Shown piece by piece: positions 17,293-26,858 of a stretch of 64,000 nucleotides of DNA (its first letter is position 1; every line of letters begins with the position of its first letter). Below the pieces are notes generated by a model, which saw only the letters and a program-made list of their open reading frames with translations, ran no database searches and was not told where the DNA came from. Position numbers and translations under genes: made by a program. The stretch comes from an uncultured Oscillospiraceae bacterium (GTDB lineage Bacteria; Bacillota; Clostridia; Oscillospirales; Oscillospiraceae), in NCBI GenBank assembly GCA_905235655.1, contig CAJOMA010000003.1, forward strand, positions 4,067 through 68,066, written 5' to 3'.

Positions 17293-18600
17293 TTAATCCA
17301 AGAGCTTGCGCTTGTCGATGACGCGGACGGCCTTTCCCTCGGAGCGCGGGATGGTGTTCGGCTCCACCAGAGAGACTTTTGCGCCGATACCGAGCAGCGT
17401 CCGGAGCGCGGCCTCGAGCTCCTTTGCGCGCTGCGCCAGACCGCGCACCGTATCGGAGAATATCTCGTTGCTGATCTCAACCTGTACCTCGATGCTGTCG
17501 GTATGGTTTGTCCGATCGACAACGATCTGATAGTTCGCGGTATACCCCTTGTCGAGCAGGACGGTCTCGATCTGCGACGGGAAGACGTTCACACCGCGAA
17601 TGATGAGCATGTCGTCCGTTCTGCCGCGCGGCTTCGTCATCTTGACGAGCGTGCGTCCGCAGGCGCATTTTTCCCGCGTGATAACGCCGATATCGCGGGT
17701 GCGGTAGCGCAGGATCGGAAAGGCTTCCTTCGTAATGCAGGAGAAGACCAGCTCGCCCTGCGTGCCCTCCGGCAGCACCTCGCCGGTGTCGGGGTCGATG
17801 ACCTCGACGATGAAGTGATCCTCGTTGATGTGCATACCGGTCTGTTCGCTGCATTCAAACGCGACGCCTGGACCCATTACCTCGGTCAAGCCGTAGATGT
17901 CAAAGGCTTTAAGCCCGAGCTTGTCCTCGATCTGACGGCGCATTTCGTTCGTCCAAGGCTCCGCGCCGAAGATGCCCGCCTTCAAGGAGATGTCGTCCTT
18001 CGTCAGCCCGCTTGCCTCGAGCACCTCCGCAAGATGCAGCGCGTAAGACGGCGTAGAGCAGAGCACCGTGCTGCCGAAGTCGTGCATAATGGTGATCTGA
18101 CGCTGTGTATTGCCGGTGGACGCCGGGATCGCAGTCGCGCCGAGGCGCATCGCGCCTCCATCCGCGCCGAGACCGCCGGTGAAGAGGCCGTAACCGTAGG
18201 AGACCTGCACGACGTCTTCGTTCGTGCAGCCCGCAGCGGTCAGCGCTCTGGCGCAGCAGTCCGCCCAAATATCCAAATCATGCTGCGTGTAGCCGACGAC
18301 GATCTGCTTGCCAGTCGTGCCGGAGGAGGCGTGGATGCGCACAACGTCCTTCATCGGAACGGCGAACAGTCCGTACGGATAGGTGTCGCGCAGATCCTTT
18401 TTGTAGCTGAACGGCAGCTTGTGCAGGTCGTCGATCGAACGGATATCATCCGGCGTGACGCCCGCCTCTTTCATCTTGTCTCGGTAGAACGGAACGCATT
18501 CGTAGACGCGCCTGACCGTAGCGGCCAGCCGTTCATTTTGCAGAGAAACAATCGTTTCTCTTGAAGCTGTTTCGATTTCCTTCTGATAATACTTTTCCAT
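17293..18600 (-). CDS. paaK: Phenylacetate-CoA ligase
   Basis: [26 protein letters not shown] and [13 protein letters not shown] motifs. Confidence 0.92.
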   Translation of the reverse strand: MEKYYQKEIETASRETIVSLQNERLAATVRRVYECVPFYRDKMKEAGVTPDDIRSIDDLHKLPFSYKKDLRDTYPYGLFAVPMKDVVRIHASSGTTGKQIVVGYTQHDLDIWADCCARALTAAGCTNEDVVQVSYGYGLFTGGLGADGGAMRLGATAIPASTGNTQRQITIMHDFGSTVLCSTPSYALHLAEVLEASGLTKDDISLKAGIFGAEPWTNEMRRQIEDKLGLKAFDIYGLTEVMGPGVAFECSEQTGMHINEDHFIVEVIDPDTGEVLPEGTQGELVFSCITKEAFPILRYRTRDIGVITREKCACGRTLVKMTKPRGRTDDMLIIRGVNVFPSQIETVLLDKGYTANYQIVVDRTNHTDSIEVQVEISNEIFSDTVRGLAQRAKELEAALRTLLGIGAKVSLVEPNTIPRSEGKAVRVIDKRKLLD

Positions 18601-19172
18601 TATGTTCCTGCCCCCAAAGCAAACGCTTTCTGATTCATTTCGAGGAATTTGGGCGGGACGCTCTGCACGATCGCCTCATTCCATTCCTCCGGTGAAAAGT
18701 CAAAGTATTTTGATAATCTGCCCATCAGGACAAGGTTGACCGCCTTGGAGGAGCCCGCCTTCTCCGCAAGAGAAAGCGCGTCAAAGGCGTCGACCCTGAT
18801 CCCCGCAGCCTTCATCTTTTCGACAAGCTCTGCGGGGTATTCCGCCGCGCCGGTGATCACCGGCATCGGATTGATCTGCTGCGTATTCGTGATGATCGTG
18901 CCGTCGGGTTTTAGGTATTGCGTCCAGCGCGCCGCCTCCAGCAGTTCAAAGGAGACGATAAAGTCCGCTTCGCCGAGGTCGATGATCGGAGAGCAGACGC
19001 GGTCGCCGTAGCGAACGTAAGTCACGACGCTGCCGCCGCGCTGACTCATGCCGTGTACCTCGGAAACCTTGACGTCATAGCCGCGCGACAGCAGGAGCTT
19101 TCCGAGCAGCTTGCTCGCAAGCAGACTTCCCTGCCCGCCGACGCCGACGATCATGATATTCTTTGTTTTCAT
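18600..19172 (-). CDS. iorB: Indolepyruvate/arylpyruvate:ferredoxin oxidoreductase beta subunit
   Basis: GVGGQG and [13 protein letters not shown] motifs. Confidence 0.92.
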   Translation of the reverse strand: MKTKNIMIVGVGGQGSLLASKLLGKLLLSRGYDVKVSEVHGMSQRGGSVVTYVRYGDRVCSPIIDLGEADFIVSFELLEAARWTQYLKPDGTIITNTQQINPMPVITGAAEYPAELVEKMKAAGIRVDAFDALSLAEKAGSSKAVNLVLMGRLSKYFDFSPEEWNEAIVQSVPPKFLEMNQKAFALGAGT

Positions 19173-19174
19173 GC

Positions 19175-20908
19175 TCACCCCTCCTGCAATGCGTCGAATT
19201 TGCAGAGCTGACGGCATACGCCGCAGCCGGTGCAGAGGGTGGAATCAACCTTTGCCTTGCCATCCGTCATGCTGATGGCGGGACAGCCGATCCTCATGCA
19301 CGCCTTGCAGCTCTTGCATTTTTCACTGTCGACATGAAGCGGAGCTTTGTGCTTCACATACTTTAACAGCGCGCAGGGTCTTCTGGAGATGATGACCGAC
19401 GCCTCCGGCGCGGCAAGCTCCTCCTTGATGACGCGCTCGCATTGCGCAAGGTCATAAGGATCGACGACGCTGACGCGGCGAATGCCGAGCGCATGGCAGA
19501 GCGCTTCCAGATCGACCTTTGCCGCAGGATCGCCCTTGAGGTTAAAGCCGGTGGTCGGATTCTGCTGATGGCCGGTCATGCCGGTGATGGAGTTGTCCAG
19601 AATGATCACAGTGCTGTTTGAATCGTTGTAGGCGATGTTGACCAGACCCGTCATGCCGGAATGCATAAAGGTCGAGTCGCCGATGACCGCGACGGTATTG
19701 CCGTCGGTCTTCCCTTCGTTCGCCTTGTTAAAGCCGTGAATTCCGGAAACGGACGCGCCCATGCAGATTACGCTGTCGACCGCGTTCAGCGGCGCGACTG
19801 CGCCGAGGGTATAGCAGCCGATATCGCCGATCACGTTGAGCTTCAGCTTTTTGAGCGTGTAGAACAGACCGCGGTGCGGACAGCCGGCGCACATGACAGG
19901 CGGACGCGCCGGAATGACCTCGTTCAGCGCGCTGCCCTGCGATACGGGAAGTCCGAGTCCTGCGGCGATTTTGTTCTGTGACAGCTCGTCGATGTTGGAG
20001 AACAGATTCTTTCCTTCGACCGTTAATCCGATCGTTTTGCAGTAATCCTCCACAAAGCCGTCCAGCTCCTCCACGACCACGACGCGGTCGACAGACGCGG
20101 CAAAATCGCGTAGCAGCTTATCCGGCAGCGGCCAGATCATGCCGAGCTTTAAGACGCTGACGTCTTCGCCGCAGACCTCGCGCACATACTGATAGCAGGT
20201 GCTGGAGGTGATGATACCGAGCTTGCGGTCCGTTCCCTTTTCCCAGCGGTTGCAGGGGGCGGTTTCCGCGTAGTCCTGCAGCGACTTCAGCCGCGCTTCC
20301 ACGATCGGATGGCGCTTTTTGGCGTAGCCTGGCATCATGATGTACTTCATCGGGTTCTTTTCGTAGGCCTTCTGCGGAAGCTCCGCGCGCTCGGACGGCT
20401 CGACGATGCTCTGCGAATGCGCCACTCTGGTGCACATTTTCAGCAGGACGGGCGTATCGAACCGCTCGGAAATCTCATAAGCGAGCTTGGCGAACGCGAT
20501 TCCCTCTCCGGCGTCCGAAGGCTCGAGCATCGGCACCTTCGCAGCCTTGGCGTAGTTTCTGGAATCCTGCTCGTTCTGCGAGCTGTGCATGCCGGCGTCG
20601 TCCGCGACGGCGATGATCATGCCCGCGTTCACGCCCGTATAGGAGATCGTAAAGAGTGGATCGGCGGCGACGTTCATGCCGACGTGCTTCATGCCGCAGA
20701 AGCTGCGCTTGCCTGCCATCGACGCGCCGAACGCCGCTTCCACAGCGACCTTCTCATTCGGCGCCCACTCGGCGTAGATTTCGGGATATTTTGCGGCGCA
20801 TTCCGTGATCTCCGTACTCGGCGTGCCGGGATAGCTGGATACAAAGGAGCAGCCGGCCTCATATAAGCCTCTGGCAACGGCCTCGTTGCCGAGCATCAAT
20901 TGTTTCAT
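19175..20908 (-). CDS. iorA: Indolepyruvate/arylpyruvate:ferredoxin oxidoreductase alpha subunit
   Basis: YPGTPSTE, NEKVA, CAGCPHR, GDIGCY, TPP motif GDST..N and C-terminal 2x[4Fe-4S] Cys motifs. Confidence 0.93.
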   Translation of the reverse strand: MKQLMLGNEAVARGLYEAGCSFVSSYPGTPSTEITECAAKYPEIYAEWAPNEKVAVEAAFGASMAGKRSFCGMKHVGMNVAADPLFTISYTGVNAGMIIAVADDAGMHSSQNEQDSRNYAKAAKVPMLEPSDAGEGIAFAKLAYEISERFDTPVLLKMCTRVAHSQSIVEPSERAELPQKAYEKNPMKYIMMPGYAKKRHPIVEARLKSLQDYAETAPCNRWEKGTDRKLGIITSSTCYQYVREVCGEDVSVLKLGMIWPLPDKLLRDFAASVDRVVVVEELDGFVEDYCKTIGLTVEGKNLFSNIDELSQNKIAAGLGLPVSQGSALNEVIPARPPVMCAGCPHRGLFYTLKKLKLNVIGDIGCYTLGAVAPLNAVDSVICMGASVSGIHGFNKANEGKTDGNTVAVIGDSTFMHSGMTGLVNIAYNDSNSTVIILDNSITGMTGHQQNPTTGFNLKGDPAAKVDLEALCHALGIRRVSVVDPYDLAQCERVIKEELAAPEASVIISRRPCALLKYVKHKAPLHVDSEKCKSCKACMRIGCPAISMTDGKAKVDSTLCTGCGVCRQLCKFDALQEG

Positions 20909-20925
20909 ATTCCGCCTCCACTCTA

Positions 20926-22563
20926 TCAGTTTGTGATCTGCGCTTCGACCAGACGGCCGTGGCAGTATTTCTCGCGCAGGACGGGCTTTTCGATCTTGCC
21001 GGTCGGGTTGCGCGGAACCTTCTCGAAGATGATTTTGCGCGGCCGCTTGTAGCGCGGCATACCGAGGCAGAATTCGTTGATCTCCTCCTCGGTGCAGGTC
21101 ACGCCGTCCTTCAGTTCGATGATCGCGGCGGCGATTTCGCCGAGACGCGGGTCGGGCAGACCGATGACCGCGACATCCTTGATCTTTTCGTTCGCCCGCA
21201 GGAAGTCCTCGATCTGCACGGGATAGAGGTTTTCGCCGCCGGTGATGATAACGTCCTTTTTACGGTCGACGAGATAGATAAAGCCGTCCTCGTCGTACTT
21301 CGCCATATCGCCGGTATAGAGCCAGCCGTCCTTGAGGACTTCGTTCGTCGCTTCTTTGTTTTTGTAGTAGCAGAGCATGACGCCCGGGCCATGGACGATC
21401 AGCTCGCCGACCTCGCCGCCGGAAACGGGCTTCCCCTGCTCGTCGACGATCTTCGCCTCCCAGCCGAAGCCGGGCTTTCCGATCGCGCCGACTTTATGGA
21501 TATTCTCCACGCCGAGATGGACACAGCCGGGTCCGATCGATTCGGAAAGACCGTAATTCGTGTCGTACTGATGGTGCGGGAAGATCGCCTTCCAGCGCTT
21601 GATCAGACTCGGCGGAACGGGCTGCGCGCCGATATGCATCAAGCGCCACTGATCGAGCATGTAGTGCGAAAGATCGACTCTGCCGGAATCAATCGCGTCC
21701 AGAATATCCTGCGCCCAAGGCACAAGCAGCCAGACGATTGTGCACTTTTCTTCCGTTACGGCGCGCAGAATCCATTCGGGCTTCACGCCGCGCAGCAGAA
21801 CGGCGCGGCTGGCGGAGAGCAGACTGCCGAACCAGTGCATTTTCGCGCCGGTATGGTATAGCGGCGGAATGCAGAGGAAAACGTCGTCACGGGTTTGTCC
21901 GTGGTGATTCTGCTCCGTGCGGCAGGAGCTGACGAGGGCGCGGTGATTGTGCAGTATCGCCTTCGGAAAGCCCGTCGTGCCGGAGGAGAAATAGATCGCC
22001 GCATAATCGTCCTCGTCGAGCAGTACGGGAGGCGCAGACTGGGAGCAGTAGTTGACAAGCTCCAGATAGGACTCCGCAAAGGGCGGCACGTCCTTGCCGA
22101 CGTAGAACATAAACTTTACGCGATCCATACGCTTTACAATCGGCTTGATCCGGTCGGTAAACTCCGGTCCGAAGATCAGCACCTCCACGTCGGCAAGATC
22201 AACGCAGTATTCGATTTCGTCGCTCGAATAGCGGAAGTTCATCGGCACGGCAAGCGCGCCGGTTTTCAGAATGCCGAAATAGATCGGCAGCCATTCCAGA
22301 CAGTTCATCAGCAGAATGCCGACCTTCTGTCCTTTCTTAATCCCACGGCTCAGCAGCAGGTTGGCAAAGCGGTTTGCGCGATGATCAAATTGCTGCCAGG
22401 TCATCTCTCTGCGGTAAGGCTGATCCGTGCTCGTATTCTCAATCAGTCGGAATTCGCTCCACGTCTTCGCACGGTCGCGTTCCTCCGAGGGATTGATCTC
22501 CACCAGCGCAACCTCCGCTCCGTAAAATCGCGCGTTTCGTTCCAGAAAATCGGTAATTACCAT
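20926..22563 (-). CDS. AMP-forming acyl-CoA ligase, first gene of the T-box operon
   Basis: FSSGTTGFPK, YGLSE, TGD, DRKKD and PTGK motifs; ATG at 22563 after AAAGGAG. Confidence 0.88.
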   Translation of the reverse strand: MVITDFLERNARFYGAEVALVEINPSEERDRAKTWSEFRLIENTSTDQPYRREMTWQQFDHRANRFANLLLSRGIKKGQKVGILLMNCLEWLPIYFGILKTGALAVPMNFRYSSDEIEYCVDLADVEVLIFGPEFTDRIKPIVKRMDRVKFMFYVGKDVPPFAESYLELVNYCSQSAPPVLLDEDDYAAIYFSSGTTGFPKAILHNHRALVSSCRTEQNHHGQTRDDVFLCIPPLYHTGAKMHWFGSLLSASRAVLLRGVKPEWILRAVTEEKCTIVWLLVPWAQDILDAIDSGRVDLSHYMLDQWRLMHIGAQPVPPSLIKRWKAIFPHHQYDTNYGLSESIGPGCVHLGVENIHKVGAIGKPGFGWEAKIVDEQGKPVSGGEVGELIVHGPGVMLCYYKNKEATNEVLKDGWLYTGDMAKYDEDGFIYLVDRKKDVIITGGENLYPVQIEDFLRANEKIKDVAVIGLPDPRLGEIAAAIIELKDGVTCTEEEINEFCLGMPRYKRPRKIIFEKVPRNPTGKIEKPVLREKYCHGRLVEAQITN

Positions 22564-22584
22564 TTCTTGACTCCTTTGTAATGA

Positions 22585-22818
22585 AAATCGCCCTCTGCTT
22601 TCGCAGAGGACGAGAATTTCCCGTGGTACCACCTCTATTGGGTCTCAGCGGATCGTGTGATCCCGCGCTGTAACGGGCGCAGCCGTTTCCGCCTACTGGA
22701 AAGCCGTTCGGCAGAACCGCTCGGAAAGGAATTCCGCCTGTGCGCCGCCGCTGTCTTGCACCGACCGGCAGTTCTCTGTAGGCGCATTCACAGGTGTACT
22801 TGGTTTCGTCATCGCGTT
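22585..22818 (-). ncRNA. T-box riboswitch with Phe (UUC) specifier
   Basis: Minus strand shows GCGAUGA GA-motif, AGUA, AGAGA, GGUGCAAGA, GAA-UUC specifier (22731-22729), GAGCG, T-box AAUAGAGGUGGUACCACG and terminator hairpin 22589-22612 with U-tract. Confidence 0.9.
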
Positions 22819-22831
22819 TTCTATTAGGAAC

Positions 22832-22860
22832 ACTTTAGCACTTTTAATCGTTAAAGTCAA
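22832..22860 (-). promoter_or_regulatory. sigma-A promoter of the T-box leader
   Basis: TTGACT-N17-TAAAGT; the -35 overlaps the paaI-like stop codon. Confidence 0.6.
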
Positions 22861-23285
22861 GTGTTTTTTTCAACGGGAAACGGCGTGCTGAGAACGTAGC
22901 CGTTCATGCCCGCCTTTGCGACCAGCGTGCCGAGCTCGTCGCGGATAACGACGTCGTAAAGCGCGGTTGTGCGACCCTGTCTGACGACGTCGGCGGCGGC
23001 GATCAGCGTCTTCCCCTTCGCGGGCGAAAGATAAGTAATATCCCCGTGCAGCGTGATCGTATTGGTCTGCTCCGCGTGCGCGTTGGCGGCGACGGCGGAG
23101 GCAAAATCGGCAAGCGTAAAGATCGCGCCGCCCATGACGGTGCCTCTTGCGTTCAGGTGCTTCGGAAGAATCGGCATTTTGCAGACCGCGTGGCCGCGAT
23201 CGGCTGTCTCTATCGTTATCTCCGCAGCCTCCGTCGCAAAGCGATCGGCGGCAAAGGCGCGGCGGATTTCTTCGAGCGTTCTCAT
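22857..23285 (-). CDS. PaaI-family hotdog thioesterase
   Basis: HLNARGTVMGGAIFTLAD, TYLSPA and GRTT motifs; ATG at 23285 after GGAGG. Confidence 0.85.
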   Translation of the reverse strand: MRTLEEIRRAFAADRFATEAAEITIETADRGHAVCKMPILPKHLNARGTVMGGAIFTLADFASAVAANAHAEQTNTITLHGDITYLSPAKGKTLIAAADVVRQGRTTALYDVVIRDELGTLVAKAGMNGYVLSTPFPVEKNT

Positions 23286-23351
23286 GATGTATCCTCCTTC
23301 CGGATTTTGATGATAGTATAACATTTTGTGTGGAAAATGCAAGGATAATTA

Positions 23352-23380
23352 TTGCAAAAACGGCCTCGCGGTGGTAAAAT
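23352..23380 (+). promoter_or_regulatory. sigma-A promoter of the COG0523 pair
   Basis: TTGCAA-N17-TAAAAT. Confidence 0.55.
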
Positions 23381-23430
23381 ATATTGGAATTTCAGGAAGT
23401 CTGTGAACAGACTTGAAAGGAAGCGTATTT

Positions 23431-24579
23431 ATGACTACAATTGACATTTATTCCGGCTTTCTCGGCGCGGGGAAAACGACCCTGATCAAGAAGATGATCA
23501 AGGAAGCCTATTGCGGCGAAAAGATCGTCCTGATCGAGAACGAATTCGGCGAGATCGGCATCGACGGCGGTTTCATGCAGGAGGCGGGAATCCAGATTAA
23601 CGAGATGAATTCCGGCTGTATATGCTGCTCCCTCGTCGGCGATTTCAGCAAGGCGCTGCAGCAGGTCATCAGCGAGTATGCGCCCGACCGCATTTTGATC
23701 GAGCCGTCCGGCGTCGGCAAACTCAGCGACGTGATCGCCGCGGTGCAGCGCTCCGTCGGCGCTGAGGTGCAGCTCGGCTGCTTCGTCACCGTCGCAGATG
23801 CGACGAAATGCAGGGTGTATCTGAAGAATTTCGGCGAATTCTACAGCAATCAGATCGAAACGGCGTCGGCGATCATTCTCAGCCGCACCGCGACCATTGC
23901 CGAGGACAAGCTGGATACCGCCGTTTCCCTGCTCCGCGAGCACAACAAAGAGGCCGTCATTATCACGACTCCGTGGGAGGAGCTGACTGGCGCGCAGATT
24001 CTGGACGCCATGCGCCACCAAAACAGTCTGACGGAAGAACTGGCGGAGTTGATCGAACACGAGCATCACCATCACGACGATGAGGAATGCGACGATCCCG
24101 ATTGCTCCTGCCACCACCATCATCATGACCACGAGGACGGCGAGGAGCATCACCACCACCATCACCACGATCATGAGGACGGTGAGGAGCATCACCATCA
24201 TCACCACGATCATGAGGACGGCGAGGAGCATCACCACCACCATCACCACGATCATGAGGACGGCGAGGAGCATCACCATCATCACCACCACGGTCACGAC
24301 GCAGACGAGGTCTTCCAGAGCTGGGGCGTGGAAACACACAAGAAGTTCAGCAGAGACGACCTCAACGAGATTCTTTCCGCGCTCGACAGCGACGAAGTTT
24401 ACGGTATCGTGCTTCGCGCGAAGGGCATCGTCCAGTCGCCGGACGGCGGATGGCTGCATTTTGACCATGTTCCCGGCGAGATCGACATTCGCAGCGGCTG
24501 CGCCGCCGTGACCGGCAGACTCTGCGTGATCGGCTCAAAGCTGAAGGAAGCGGAAATCGTCAACCTTTTTGGAGTGTAA
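23431..24579 (+). CDS. COG0523/CobW-family metallochaperone GTPase with His-rich insert
   Basis: GFLGAGKTT, NEFGEIGID, GCICCS (CxCC) and EPSG motifs; CobW-type C-terminal domain. Confidence 0.9.
   Translation: MTTIDIYSGFLGAGKTTLIKKMIKEAYCGEKIVLIENEFGEIGIDGGFMQEAGIQINEMNSGCICCSLVGDFSKALQQVISEYAPDRILIEPSGVGKLSDVIAAVQRSVGAEVQLGCFVTVADATKCRVYLKNFGEFYSNQIETASAIILSRTATIAEDKLDTAVSLLREHNKEAVIITTPWEELTGAQILDAMRHQNSLTEELAELIEHEHHHHDDEECDDPDCSCHHHHHDHEDGEEHHHHHHHDHEDGEEHHHHHHDHEDGEEHHHHHHHDHEDGEEHHHHHHHGHDADEVFQSWGVETHKKFSRDDLNEILSALDSDEVYGIVLRAKGIVQSPDGGWLHFDHVPGEIDIRSGCAAVTGRLCVIGSKLKEAEIVNLFGV
24127..24291 (+). repeat. In-frame tandem repeat, 4 units of 39-42 bp encoding DHEDGEE(H)6-7
   Basis: Units start at 24127, 24169, 24208 and 24250. 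Confidence 0.9.
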
Positions 24580-24582
24580 ACT

Positions 24583-25518
24583 ATGCCTGTTCCCGTTTAT
24601 GCATTCACCGGATTCTTAGACGCCGGCAAGACAAAATTCATACAGGATACGCTGTGCGACACGCGCTTTAACGCCGGCGAGCGCACCCTGCTTCTGATCT
24701 GCGAGGAGGGCGAAGAGGAATACGATACCTCCGTCTATCCGTACCATCACGTCTACCCGGAGGTCGTCGACCAGGAGAGCGTGACGACGCAGGAGCTGGA
24801 AGCCCTGTGCAAAAGGCACCGCTGTGAGCGCGTGGTCGTCGAGCTGAACGGCATGCTGCAGGTCGGTTTATTCTATCAGAAAATGCCGCAGGACTGGCAG
24901 ATCGCGCAGGAGGTCATGTTTGTCGACGCAACGACAATCCTGCAATACAACGCCAATATGCGCTCTCTCGTCGTGGACAAGCTGACCGGCTGCGAGATGG
25001 TCGTATTCAACCGCGTGCCGGCAGGTATGGACATCATGCCGCTGCACAAGCTGGCGCGTGCCCTCAACCGGCGCGTCGGCATTCTCTATGAGTACGCCGA
25101 CGGCAGGATGGATTATGACGATATTGAGGATCCCCTGCCCTTTGATATCAACGCGCCTGTCATCGAGATCGGCGACGAGGATTTCGCCCTCTGGTACCGC
25201 GATATCAGCGAAGAGCCGAAAAAATACAAGGATAAGACCGTGCGCTTCAAGGGGCAGGTCGCCCGTTTGAAAAAGGAAAAGGACGGCTTCTTCGCGCCCG
25301 GCCGCTTTGTGATGACCTGCTGCGTCGAGGACATCCAGTTTATGGGGATTCCCTGTAAATATGAAAAGAGCGACGAGCTGCGCGCCCGCGACTGGGTTAT
25401 GGTGACGGCGAAGATCAACGTCCGGTTCCACTCCATCTACCGCGGGATCGGCCCCGTGCTGGAGGCGCTGGAAGTCTCCCCTGCCGAACCCGCGCAAAAC
25501 GAGGTCGCTACCTTTTGA
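24583..25518 (+). CDS. CobW-like GTPase N-domain fused to a DUF1980/TIGR03943-like C-domain
   Basis: GFLDAGKT at N-terminus with no CxCC; C-terminal GRFVMTCCVED motif. Confidence 0.65.
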   Translation: MPVPVYAFTGFLDAGKTKFIQDTLCDTRFNAGERTLLLICEEGEEEYDTSVYPYHHVYPEVVDQESVTTQELEALCKRHRCERVVVELNGMLQVGLFYQKMPQDWQIAQEVMFVDATTILQYNANMRSLVVDKLTGCEMVVFNRVPAGMDIMPLHKLARALNRRVGILYEYADGRMDYDDIEDPLPFDINAPVIEIGDEDFALWYRDISEEPKKYKDKTVRFKGQVARLKKEKDGFFAPGRFVMTCCVEDIQFMGIPCKYEKSDELRARDWVMVTAKINVRFHSIYRGIGPVLEALEVSPAEPAQNEVATF

Positions 25519-25522
25519 CAGC

Positions 25523-25560
25523 AAAAACCACCTTCACTGCTTTTGTGAAGGCGGTTTTTT
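25523..25560. terminator. Bidirectional terminator
   Basis: aaaaaccaccttcac / gtgaaggcggttttt between convergent genes. Confidence 0.75.
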
Positions 25561-26113
25561 ATTCCTCTGCGAAGGGTTTATCCTTCAGAACAACTTCGCG
25601 AATGAAGCGGAAGGTATCTTTTTCTCCCCGGTCACGCAGCATGGTCAGAAGGAAAACCAGCTCGCGCATCGTCTGCGGATGCATCATGGACGCTTCTTTT
25701 GCTTCGATCGAACGCTCTAAGTATGCCAGTGCGTCCCCTTCCTTGTAATTCTTGCCGTGGTAGGTCTTGCAGGCAGCGATTCGATCCATCACCATCTCTG
25801 CCAGATACCTGCGTGGCATCAGCACCGGCTCATACCGCCGAGTTTTGATATTGATATCCGTCCAGTATTCAAAATGATGCTTGTTTCTTCCCTTGTGGTG
25901 CATCCACGCCAGGGAATAGCCGAAGAGCTCGCGCTCCTTCGAGTTTGGACTGCGCGTGCCCTGATAATACTTCAGTCCGGAGTGGAATTCCGTCCAAGCG
26001 TATTTTGACAGATCGTGCGTCAATCCCTGCCGGTAAAGACCGACCGCAAAACAGCCCTTGCGGACAAGGCGGCGGTGCTTTGCCACGGTGCGAAAATGTT
26101 TCCAAAAGTACAT
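25559..26113 (-). CDS. DUF5662-like HD-type protein
   Basis: HRRLV, THDLSK, HHKGRNKHHFEYW and EMVMDRIAACK motifs. Confidence 0.7.
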   Translation of the reverse strand: MYFWKHFRTVAKHRRLVRKGCFAVGLYRQGLTHDLSKYAWTEFHSGLKYYQGTRSPNSKERELFGYSLAWMHHKGRNKHHFEYWTDINIKTRRYEPVLMPRRYLAEMVMDRIAACKTYHGKNYKEGDALAYLERSIEAKEASMMHPQTMRELVFLLTMLRDRGEKDTFRFIREVVLKDKPFAEE

Positions 26114-26122
26114 GATGATCCT

Positions 26123-26809
26123 CTATTCTTCCAACGCTTTTTCCAGCTTTTGCAGCGCTTTCTTTTCGATCCTGCTGACGTAGCTGCGGCTGATCCCGCA
26201 TTTTAGCGCGATTTCCCGCTGGGTCAGCGGCTTGCGGTTGCCGATGCCGTAGCGCAGCAGAACGATCTGTTTTTCTCTCGGGTCAAGACAGGTTTCGATC
26301 TTCTGATAGAGCTTCGCATAGATTTCCTTATCGGAAAGCTGCTCGAACAGATCGTCGTCCGAGCAGATCACGTCCATCAGGGACAAGGCGGTGCCGTCCT
26401 TCCCCGTTTCGATGAATTCCGACAGGGAGACGTCGGCAGCGCTCTTTTTTTGACCGCGAAAGTACATCAGAATCTCATTTTCCACGCACCGCGCCGCATA
26501 GGTCGCGAGCCGCGCGCCCTTCGAGGCGTCAAAGGTCGAAATCCCCTTGATCAGACCGATCGTTCCGATCGAGATTAAATCCTCCTGATCGGCGGTCTGC
26601 GTATAGTATTTCTTCATGATGTGCGCGACCAGACGCAGGTTTCGCTCGATCAAAATGTTTCTTGCGTGCAGATCGCCCTGCGCGGAAAGCTCCAGATAGT
26701 GCGCTTCCTCCTTCGCGCTCAGCGGCTTCGGAAAAGAGCCCGAGCCGTTGGACAGCCGCAGGGAGTACAGAATGCTGCTGATCATCAGCCAGACAGCCGC
26801 GCCCAGCAT
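26123..26809 (-). CDS. sigK: Sporulation sigma factor pro-sigma-K (uninterrupted)
   Basis: Hydrophobic pro-peptide, SFPKPLS, NLRLVAHI, RCVENEILM and SRSYVSRIEKKAL motifs. Confidence 0.9.
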   Translation of the reverse strand: MLGAAVWLMISSILYSLRLSNGSGSFPKPLSAKEEAHYLELSAQGDLHARNILIERNLRLVAHIMKKYYTQTADQEDLISIGTIGLIKGISTFDASKGARLATYAARCVENEILMYFRGQKKSAADVSLSEFIETGKDGTALSLMDVICSDDDLFEQLSDKEIYAKLYQKIETCLDPREKQIVLLRYGIGNRKPLTQREIALKCGISRSYVSRIEKKALQKLEKALEE

Positions 26810-26826
26810 TCAATCACCTCCGAATC

Positions 26827-26854
26827 AGCGTATTCAGAGGCGGCAAGTCCGTAT
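26827..26854 (-). promoter_or_regulatory. Possible sigma-E promoter of sigK
   Basis: ATA-N17-AATACGCT, close to the ATa-N16/18-cATAcanT consensus. Confidence 0.35.
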
Positions 26855-26858
26855 TACT

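Noticed and set aside
24127-24291. His-codon tandem array as a non-coding repeat or CRISPR
   Set aside because: All units are multiples of 3, in frame within the COG0523 gene, and have no spacers.
26123-26809. skin-type element interrupting sigK
   Set aside because: sigK is a continuous 228-aa ORF with its pro-peptide, and no recombinase is adjacent.
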